DNA of 64,000 nucleotides from Camelus dromedarius (lineage: Eukaryota): contig NC_087436.1 of the NCBI RefSeq assembly GCF_036321535.1, forward strand, positions 12,338,001-12,402,000. The letters run 5' to 3'. Position numbers and translations under genes: made by a program. The number at the start of each line of letters is the position of its first letter. The first letter of the stretch is position 1. The notes under the pieces were generated by a model, which had not been told where the DNA came from, made no database searches, and saw only the letters and a list, made by a program, of their open reading frames with translations. Shown here in pieces: positions 27,951 through 37,400 of this stretch.

Positions 27951-28539
27951 CTCACTATCTTAGAGTCTTTAAAGAAGTATTTTTGTCTTTTGTTTAAGGA
28001 TTACCTATGCTAGTTAAGTGGTGCTGATTTTGGTTACTTTAGCAACACAGAGTCCTCTGCCTATTAGATCATTTTGTTGACTGCTTTGATTTTAGCCAGA
28101 CTTTCCACTGAAAAAAAGGGGAAACTTTACATTAAAGAAACTCTAGGAATGGGTTTTCGCTGTGTCGACAAGGGATGACTTCTGTCCAGGTCCTTTGTGG
28201 CTGAGTATCAAAAAGAACTTCTCTAACATTGACTGACTGCAATCCTAGGCACTCTTCCAATTAATCATCTGTATGATTTCATTCAATACTCACAGAAACG
28301 CTATTTTTTTTTTAACAGAGGAAGAAACTGGGGTATACAGACATTAACTTGCACATCAACTTGCACGACATCACACGGATAGAGGGAGGGGCGCTAGGAT
28401 TCAAGTAAGCAGTTTGACTCCCGAGCCTGCAAACATCACTACTGTGCTATTCTATCCCATCTGTCAGTGCACTATTCCTTCAGTACACACTCCGATTCAG
28501 AGAACTTCATGTCCTGTGACAAAAGGATGGATGTGCTTT

Positions 28540-29290
28540 GGTTTTTACAGCAGCGCGGATGAAGACCGTCAAGCCACTGGCCGGCGCCAGCTCTCAGCGC
28601 CGGGGTGGGAGCTGGCAGGTCCTGTTTCCCAGGCAACGACTAAAACACAGGCCACGAATAAAGCATCGCTCTCCCCAGACCCAGAGGGCTGATATCATTT
28701 CCTTAGTCTGGGCGGTTGCCCCAGTGACTAGTCGGGCTGTAGGGCGGTGTTAGGTGCCCGAGAGACCTGGTGGCAGGGAAGTCACTTCCTCCCGGAGACG
28801 CTGTTTCCTAGCAACCGCCTCCCACCTCTGTTCTTCGTCCCGTCCCCCTCCCATCCCCGCAACCTCCCGCCTGCAAGCGCGGTCTCCGAGAGCAGCCAAG
28901 CGCAGGCCCAGGCGACGGGCTCCTGCCCGAAGCCCGCCGCTGGGTTCTCAAGCCGTGGGGAGCTGTCCGCGGGAATGCGGGGTGAATACAACTGGGGACT
29001 TGGGCGTCGCAGAGAATCGGAGCGTCGGCGGCCCTCGGCTGTGCATCCGCCTGGGTGGTGCAGGGCGCTCGGCCCGCCGTGCGGGGCGGGGCGGGGCGGG
29101 GCGGGGCAGGCGGGGACCCGGCGCCACCTGGTCGGGCTGGAGCGGTCCCAGCGCGCGCTGCGGCGGGCGGCGGGCGGCGGGCGGCGGGCGGCGGGGCCCG
29201 GGCTCTGGGCTCGGTCTCCAGCACTGGAAACGTTCACGGGACCGTTTGTACAGGGACTTTAATGCAGCCCATCGCGGAAGCCTCGTTTTG
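28540..29290 (+). promoter_or_regulatory. CpG island / promoter and probable non-coding first exon of the MAP9 copy
   Basis: The only strongly GC- and CpG-dense segment in the window. It holds X-box-like motifs, an inverted ETS pair, tandem GC boxes and a candidate donor GTGAAT at 28982, and lies ~0.5 kb upstream of the first MAP9 coding exon. Confidence 0.85.
28624..28815. promoter_or_regulatory. Three RFX X-box-like motifs and an inverted ETS pair
   Basis: GTTTCCCAGGCAAC (28624-28637), GTTGCCCCAGTGAC (28715-28728), GTTTCCTAGCAAC (28803-28815), and GGAAGT-C-ACTTCC (28777-28789). Confidence 0.65.
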
Positions 29291-29813
29291 TTTCATCTAG
29301 TATTATCAACGCTCTTGTGAGAGGGAAGAGTGACTGGAAGAATATCCCTATTTATAATCTTTTTCTTTCCTAGCGCTGTGCGCAAGCTATTTTTTTTCCC
29401 CCCTTGCTTCTAGTGGTGATTGGTCTTAGTTATATACTTTCTGCTGACAACAGTCGTCTTGGTAGCCATTTAAATAAGTATGACTGTTTTGTAGGCAATA
29501 TTATCCTTTTTGAATGGAACAGAGGAAGTTTCTGTCTTAACTGGTAACAATCTATTGCACTCATTTATTTGTTCATCCTTAATTGTAAAACTATTTTAGG
29601 ACAAGTTCAATTTGAATTTTTTTAAGCACAGTTTTTAGTAGAATTTGCTATTTCTTTACAAGAACTCTACATTTTTAAGTGAAGATGTAGTTCAGTGTTC
29701 ATATGATGCTTTTCTTTCTTTTTTTTTTTTTTGAAAAGGGGATGGAGCAATAAATGTAGTAATAGAAATTCTCAAGCATGCAAAAAAGTCTGATTTGTTT
29801 TTATATATTTCAG

Positions 29814-29967
29814 CCACCATCGGAGTACGAAATAGTCCTATCATTTGTTAGCCATTTTATAAAGGTAGAGAATTAAAACAAAGAAATACACACTGTCTGA
29901 TGAAGTTTTTAGCACACCTTTGGCATATACAAAGAGTCCAAAAGTCATCAAAAGGACTACTTTCCAG
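29814..29967 (+). pseudogene. MAP9: MAP9 pseudogene, first coding exon (start ATG absent)
   Basis: 'tttcag' acceptor ending at 29813 and CAG|GTAAAG donor. From 29893: CTG then SDEVFSTPLAYTKSPKVIKRTTFQ, matching the MAP9 N-terminus MSDEVFSTTLAYTKSPKVTKRTTFQ (recalled), with CTG where the ATG should be. Confidence 0.9.
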
Positions 29968-30690
29968 GTAAAGTGGTTTTTATTTTGAATGGTTTTACAA
30001 GGTAAACACTGTGCTAGGAATTTTGGACTTGAAAGTGATTCCAGAGCTGCCCTATGTAAAGCTGGAGTAAATCTCACATTTCTTTTGAGATTCTGCAGTT
30101 GACTGTATTTGGGTTCCAGGATTACCGACTCTTCTGTGTGGCTTTAAGACTATCAATACTGGGATCTTACTAAATTACAAGTTAAATTAGCTTTTAAAAG
30201 TTGAATAACAACTTCAAATTGCTATTTTCATATTAATTTAAAAATCTTTTTTTCTGGTATAGCATAGTAATATTTAAGCTTTTTCTGTCCAGTCTCTACA
30301 GTGTTGAACTCCGCCTCTAAATTTGTAGTATTGATTATATCTGCTAACAAAAACAGTTGAAACAAAAGATCATAAAGAATACCATTTTCTCCCAGAATGC
30401 CAGTTTATGATGAACTCTGTAGGAACTGAGCTTCTCAATGAATTTACTTGGTATTGTCGGTCTCCTTTAATTTAACTGTAAGCGCCATGAGGGAGGGATC
30501 ATGTCTGTGATGTTCTGCGTTGAGTCTGAAGGATTGGGTGCACGGAATAAGGTAGGCTTTCAGTGAATATTTGCTAGATGAATGAAACCTAAGCTTTAAA
30601 GCAGATATTAATCAAGCATTATTTGTTTCAAGAATTAAATATGAGACCTCCATATCTGAAGGGAAATTGATTTTAATTATCTCATTTCAA

Positions 30691-30773
30691 GATGAGCTAA
30701 TAAAAGCAATTACAGCTCGCTCGGCCAGACAAAGGAGTTCTGAATACACAGATGACTTTGAGTGATGAGACTG
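30691..30773 (+). pseudogene. MAP9: MAP9 pseudogene, second coding exon (acceptor lost, frameshift and stop)
   Basis: DELIKAITARSARQRSSEYTDDFE** versus recalled DELIRAITARSARQRSSEYSDDFDSDEI. Preceded by 'tttcaa' instead of 'tttcag'. An inferred 2-nt deletion gives TGA TGA at 30763-30768. GT at 30774. Confidence 0.9.
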
Positions 30774-31860
30774 GTACATGAGAAGATGGGAAAGGAAACC
30801 ACATTTCTTCTCTTTGCTTCTGTAGTTTCATTTAGCCCAACCCTCCAAGAAAATCACTAGGTTAAAATAATGCCTATGAATTCACTGGTTTTAGATCTCC
30901 AACTTTTTAATGAGTAAAAAGCCACTCTTAATTTTCAAGAATTTGTATGATTGTCCTTGGTTGTTTCTGAATGTGTATATGAAAATGAAAATTAACTGAC
31001 AGCAGACTGATTTGTCAGTGATAAACCGCACTGGAGAGGGCAAGTTCATCTTAAAGGTCAACCCTATGAGACATACAGAGAGTCCATAACTAGGGCCTAT
31101 AGAGCTAAACTTGGTGCACATCAGAATCTCTTTTATAGTGCTTTTTATAAATCACGTGTTTTGGCTGTGAAAGGGGGTCTGTTTTAAAAACTCAATCAGT
31201 ACTATAATGATTAATTTGATTTCTTTTGATTATGTAAAAATACTAACATGTTGCATTTCAGGATAAACATACGAAATTCTAAATTGGAAATTCAGTGTTT
31301 TATACTTTAATATTTAGTAAAAAACTCAATGCTCTCTGTAAAAGTAATCAGAACAATTGTTAACTCATTGCTATATAGCTAGGTTAGCATTCTTTATTAG
31401 TCTTCTCATAATAAAATCTAATCTTCTGGTATAGATGGAATTGTAGTTCCAAATTTTTTATGGAAAAACATATAGTTAGCAAATTCTTCCATTTATGAAT
31501 ATTCTTGATTTTGTTTGATGAAGTTTTGCAAATAAAAGCTTTCCAGTCCAAAATCTAATTTAAATCTCCATGACTGTTATTTTGAAGAACCTTTGGATGA
31601 CTTTTCTCAGAGGAAACACACTGCTTAGCTTGACATACCATTCACACTTGATAAGTATGTTTTGAATAAATGAATGAAGTTGAAATTTTTATTTTATAAA
31701 TGCCAATAAAAACTGCCTACTTTAACTGTTTTTTAGAGCTGCAAATCTATTCATAGTTGTAAGTTCATTTCTAGTCTTTAAGGTAATCTTTTTGATTAAT
31801 GTAACCTTTAAAACTTTAAAATATTCTGTTGAAAGCATTTTTTCCTCTTTTATTTTTTGA

Positions 31861-32181
31861 TTCCCTTAGGTGATTTTTCTAACTCCTCAGTAGATGAAAA
31901 TTCACTTAAGAAAAACATAAATGATTTTCATATATCAGATGATGAAGAAAAGAATTCTCCAAAAGTGTCTTTTTTGAAAACCAAGAAATCAAACAATGAT
32001 GTGAGGCAATTTGAGCCAGTAGCCTCCATCAGAAACGAGGAGGAGATGGCACCCACTGGAGGTGAAGACATGGCGGTGAATCGCTTATCGGAATCTCAAA
32101 GTAAACAACAAGAACCTGAAAAAGAGCAAATTAAAACAGAAATTAAACCCAGAATACTTCCAATCAAAAGCTCATCTCCAG
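31861..32181 (+). pseudogene. MAP9: MAP9 pseudogene, third coding exon (321 bp, open frame, acceptor altered)
   Basis: ORF 31857-32216: LGDFSNSSVDENSLKKNINDFHISDDEEKNSPKVSFLKTKKSN..NEEEMAP..KPRILPIKS matches MAP9. The expected acceptor reads 'ttttga'; an alternative AG is at 31868-31869; donor GT at 32182. Confidence 0.9.
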
Positions 32182-33691
32182 GTAGTTGGTTAGGATACTA
32201 TAATTGCATTTCTTGAGAATTTATTTTAAGATAATCAATCACAAAATATTTTTAGATAGTAGCTAGTAAATAGGGAAAAAATCAGGCTTTTAAAATTTTA
32301 CAGCTATAAATCAAAATTAATAGAACCATAGAGAAATGCCATAATTCTGATGTCCAGTTGTATATTCAGTGTTGTCATCTCAGATGATGGCTGACGGGAG
32401 GCCGCAGTACCTTCAGTCATCCACAGCTGTGGCTCCGAAGCTCGTGGGTCCAGCCTCGCCTAGGCTATGAGCTCCATTTTTGTTTTTAGCAGTGGAGCCA
32501 CAAAGGAGTCCTTTCTAATTCATCTCACACTCCAGATATGAGGATTATAGCAGCATTGGGGCGAGTCCTTAAAACAGTCATTTCCATGCAACTATTTGCC
32601 AGAATATTTGTTTGACGTTTGTGTATTTGAAGGGGCTGTTTTGTCGCTGCCGTCACTGTTGAAGCCTCTGGACCTTCCTTAAGAAAAGAGAATTTCCATT
32701 TGGTTTCTCTGTTCCCCAGGAAAACCTGCTAAACCTCAGTTTTCTGAGGGGAATTTCCTGGTGTGATATTACAATAGTTTCTCCACAGTTGTACTGAGCT
32801 CTGGGCACAGGGCAGCAGAGATGGCGTAAAGCAGGCACCAAGCACTGTGACATCCCCTGGGCTGCCATGCAGAGAGAAGGGCGTGGAAGCTTAAGGGTTT
32901 GGGGGTTTTCCAGTCTTTTTCTGTTTCATAGAAAAAAATAGTAGCTGATGCTAACCTTAATAAAAATCTCTTTCCTTTACATCATCATTAAATATGGTAC
33001 TGGTAAGTATTTCATATTTTACGTATTAGATAGCACTGGTAACCTCAGGCAGAGCTTTATTTCATCCATGTATTAGGACCCATTCTTTTTTCCACTCTCA
33101 CTATCCCATCTACTTTCAAGTGGGGAGAAGATATGAGCAAGCAGGGATAGTGGGGAAAAAGCCACTGGATGTCAATTAAAGATAGGGTTAGCCTTACTGT
33201 CCTCATGAGGACGGGGGGTCCTGTCCTTCCTTCCTACGGAATTGTTTTAAGAATCTACTAAAGTATGTCTCAAACTGTAAAATTCTACAAAAACATAAGC
33301 ACAAGGCCGAATGAGAAACAGAATTAACGTGCTAAAATGCACCTTCCCAGTGTACCAAGTAGAATCAAAAATGCAGAGAAGGGAAATGTAATCAAACAGT
33401 GATTTAATTCCGTATGTCACCATTTCCCAAAGTACATTCCATGGTTTGTTCACTGGTATTAAGGAGAAAACAGAGTCATAGAAATTTTAAACTGATTTGA
33501 TTATGAGAGAACTTCTTGGAGCCATTAATAAAGAAATATGCACAAGTGACTCTTCAAGAAAGATAGAGTAGGCAGTGTTCCTTGGCCCTAATTGAGTTTA
33601 GAAACCTCTTTTTGTGGATTATGTTTGTCCTGATTCTGAAAAGCTTTTCATTAGATTAATAAGAAAATGTGAGCATATCATAGAAGCTAAA

Positions 33692-33806
33692 TTTTTTTTA
33701 CATTTTTGCTCACTTTTTTTTTAAATTGTACAGTCAGTTAAAATGTGTCAATCTCTCGTGTACAGCACAATGTCCCAGTCATGTGTATACATACATATAT
33801 TTGTTT
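33692..33806 (-). mobile_element. Very short L1 3'-end insertion with TSD
   Basis: Antisense L1 tail 'cagttaaaatgtgtcaatctctcgtgtacagcacaatgtcccagtcatg' flanked by ATAGAAGCTAAA at 33680-33691 and 33807-33818. Confidence 0.8.
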
Positions 33807-33947
33807 ATAGAAGCTAAAAATTATTCTGATATATATAGAAGTATGTAATTAGAACTTTATGGTAGATAATCAGCAATAATCTGCCTATTTAATACCTTTT
33901 CTAAAAAACCTGCGACAAATTAAAACAAATAGGGAAATACTGTATTT

Positions 33948-33965
33948 GACCACAAGATGGCACCA
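33948..33965 (+). promoter_or_regulatory. CTCF-like motif
   Basis: GACCACAAGATGGCACCA closely fits the CTCF core CCACNAGRKGGCRS. Motif match only. Confidence 0.5.
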
Positions 33966-34939
33966 GGATTCTAAATGTGCAATACTGTATTTTTAGGCAA
34001 TTGCTAACCATTTGCAATTCAGTATATGTATTATTAAAATAATCGACAAAATAGGTAGTCATTTACATTTGATTATAAAACAAAGCACTTTGATAATATG
34101 TAGACTTACTTTTTTTCTTTCTGAAAACTTGACAGTGCTTCTGGAAGTGGAATTTTGGTATAAAATACACTAAAATTATTATTCGTATGTTATTCAGGTT
34201 GAAAAAAAAAGTTGAGGCTATTGGTTAGTGCCTAGCATGTAGAATTCATTAAGTATTTGAATGTATAAATGTGTAAATGAATGAGCCATTCATGAAAGAA
34301 GGAATGTGGTTCATGAGCTTAGCTTTATCTTTCTCTAAAGTTTTAGACTTTTTATTACAAAGTTTAGAACTTAATATTTTTAATGTGGTGAGATATCGCT
34401 GAGTGTCATTTAATGCTTTACAAAAACACTAGAACCTGAAAGTCTCCTTTATTCTTGCTTGTCCTTTGTAAAAAGTACAATTATCACCTCTTTCACTTTA
34501 TCAGGTAATGGTCACATTGGTAGTGGGTGTAGAAAGTAATTTCTACAGGGTATTTTTTTTTAATTTTAACATTAAAATGACTAAAATCATGAATTTTGGA
34601 GTCAGGGTGCTCCTGCTTTAATCCCACAAGCTAGAGTTTAGGTCCATGGGCACACGCCCTCTCTGTTCTCATTTTATTAATCTGTAAAATGGGGACAGTA
34701 GTTGAACCACCACTAGGGGTTTAAGGCAATTAAACAAGTTCCTGTACCTGAAGTGCTCAGAGCAATCTTGGCATAAATTGAGCCCTCTGTAATGCTTTTC
34801 CTACTCATTGTATTATTCAGCGTTTGTTCCTTAGCAGATCATTTTATTTATCCACCCAATTCATCGTGGGTAACATATATTTCACTGTGATGGTAAGTGA
34901 GGCTACGACAGTCCAGAGACCTAGCACCAGTCCTCCAGG

Positions 34940-35272
34940 ACGGTCTGAGTCCACTTGCCCTGCTGTAACCAAGTACCGCAGACTGGGCGGCTTGTAACCA
35001 ACAGACACCTGTTTCTCACAGCTCCCGAGGCTGAGGTCTGACATCACAGTGCCCACATGGTCTGCCAGGGCCCTCTTCTGGGTTGCAGACCTCTCATTGT
35101 AACTTTATATGGTGGAAGGGGAAAGGGAGCTCACAGAGCATCTTTTTAAGGGCACTAGTCCTATTCATGAAGGTTCAACCCTCATGAACTAATTACTTCC
35201 CAAAGGCCCCACTCCCTAATACCTTCGGGTTAACACAAGCATCGGTTGGGGGCACAGACATCCAGGCCATAG
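34940..35272 (-). mobile_element. MLT1-type MaLR LTR
   Basis: 'tgctgtaaccaagtaccgcagactgggcggctt..tttctcacagctc..gggcactagtcctattcatga..cccaaaggccccac' is antisense MLT1-like. Confidence 0.75.
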
Positions 35273-35492
35273 CAAAGGCATTACAGTTCAGTGGGGAATA
35301 AGAACACAGGAAAGTGGGCACACAAGTTTACCTGAGGGCATCAGGGAAGGCTTCCTAACACCAGGAAATGGTGTTAATAGCAAAAATGACAAATAATAGT
35401 ACTCATAGTCAGGACTCAACTCAAAACAGTAGAAAGAGGAATTTATCACCATATTGAGCAGGGATGTCAGAAGGCCTTGCTTTAGGTGTGAT

Positions 35493-35551
35493 TGTGTGTG
35501 TGTGTGTGTGTGTGCGCGTGTGTGTGTGTGTGTGTGTGTGCGTGTGTGTGT
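35493..35551. repeat. (TG)n microsatellite with CG interruptions
   Basis: Directly visible. Confidence 0.95.
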
Positions 35552-36439
35552 TAAGGAAATAATTTTAAGTTTTTTCAGATATATTCTGTTGGGTCTAAAC
35601 CTCAATTGTAAGACATAGCAAAGATACAGCATTATTTTATGTACTGCTAAGAAAGAAGAAAACTGCCGATTAAGCTGAAACACACAGGAATTATATATAT
35701 AAGATGCATCTAATTTCACAGAAAGTGAAATGTGAAGAAAGAAGTTGCCCTTTTGAATCTACACAACACTTTAATCGCAAGAATTTTTATTTGCATATCT
35801 TTGAATTGTATAATTTATGGCTAAAGATAATAGGGCCAGTGTCATTTTATTCATTTGGTTTTATTCCTTTCACAAATGTGTGTTGAATGTTCATGGCACT
35901 GTGCTGTGTTTTGGGGGATATGCTAGGATGGGAGGAGATGTGACCCTTCAGGATTTCAGCAGGGAGTTTACTGTGTTGCTTTTAGGGAAGAGCACTTGGC
36001 CCCCTGTTTCACTGCAGTTACAGAACTTCCACCACACAGTTCAGAAGGGGTAAGTATGCGGAGATCATTGCTCCTCCATAATCTGCTGGAGCAGATCAGA
36101 GAAAAGGAGTCAGATGATTCCTAGCTAAGCTTCCTTCTTGTCCTGACTCCTCTCTGGTACTGGTAGGATGAAGCGTCACAAAGGGAGTGGGAGGGACTCT
36201 TCTGTATCATGACTAAATGGATGACTCTCTCTAACCCAGACCAGAAGGATGAGCACGGTGGGCTACGGATTCCAGTCTTGTTCTGTAGCTTAGCTCCACC
36301 AGTAAAGCTGGCGATTTGATATAAATCTGACTTCAGTGTGCTGTGTTTTGATTTGCTCTGAAAATCAGAAGAGAGAGTGTTATCAAAACCAAACAATTAT
36401 TTTACATTTAGTAAAATCACCTGGCCAAGTGTTATTTCA

Positions 36440-36690
36440 GGCTGAGCACAAGATTCCTGGAGCACCGCCCTGTGACCTCACCACCAACCAATCAGAAGAA
36501 CGTCCCACACCCTGCAGCCCTCCCCGCAAATTTTGCCTATAAAAACTTCTCCCTGAAAACCATGGGGGAGTTCAGTGGTTTTTGAGCACGAGCCACCTGG
36601 TCTCCTTGCTTGGCCCTGCAATAAACACTCTGCTCCAAACTCTGACATTTCAGCTTGTGTGTCAGGCACATGAACTTGCATTCAGTAACA
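36440..36690 (+). mobile_element. ERV LTR 3' part
   Basis: CCAAT ('aaccaatcag'), TATA ('cctataaaaac'), AATAAA and terminal 'gtaaca' occur in LTR order. Confidence 0.7.
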
Positions 36691-36878
36691 TCCCCAGGCC
36701 CATTTTTCCTTACCTACCCTTGTAATTCATTCCCAGACCTCAGTCTCTTCCCTCACTTCTTATCTCAGCAAATAACTTGGCACAACCCCCTCCAGGTCCC
36801 ACAAGCCAGATCCTTAGAATTCCTCATTGACTGCTCCCTCTCCATCACATATTGCAGGTCTCCAAGTTAAATTGATTC

Positions 36879-37400
36879 TGTTACCAAACTGAGAATTAAG
36901 TTGAATGGACCCTGCTCAGGCCCTAGTGCAGCTGGGGCTCTTTGCTTCAGTGGGAGGTTTCTTTTTCCATCTGGGTTTGAGCAGTGAAATAATAAAACTG
37001 AAGCTGAGATCGACACGGCACGTGCTTTATCCAGTGGCCAAAGAATGGCGGAGCAGGAACAAAGTTTACAGATCAACTTCTTGCCCACCTGCTGAGAAGA
37101 ATTTATTTTAAAGAGTAAAGACAAAGGGAGGAGGAGTGTGGTTAATGATGGGGAGGCATGTGCATTTGCCTGCTGAAGAAGGGGCGGGGCTTTTTCTGTT
37201 GGAGCAGTGTGCCACCCCCTTTTTATCCGCTTTTGGTCCTTAGTGTCCTATTCTGGTCACTGGAGGGTGTGCCATTTAATATGCTAACGTAGTAAAATCA
37301 GTGTATAAGGAGACTCACAGTCTGTTGGAGGTCAAATGTGTCACTATCTTGGTTCCCAGCTGGTTTAGGGCCATCTGGGTTTTTTGTTTGTTTTAGCTTG
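36879..37400 (-). mobile_element. Probable ERV LTR fragment
   Basis: Begins 'tgttaccaaa', with antisense polyA-like 'tgctttat' and 'tttaatatgctaa'. Boundaries approximate. Confidence 0.45.

Noticed and set aside
28747..29320. Five overlapping ORFs of 81-188 aa on both strands
   Set aside because: G/R/A/P-rich translations expected from stop-poor CpG-island sequence, with no recognisable domain.
29808..29822. Kozak-like GCCACCATC as an alternative MAP9 start
   Set aside because: The codon is ATC, not ATG, and it straddles the splice acceptor.
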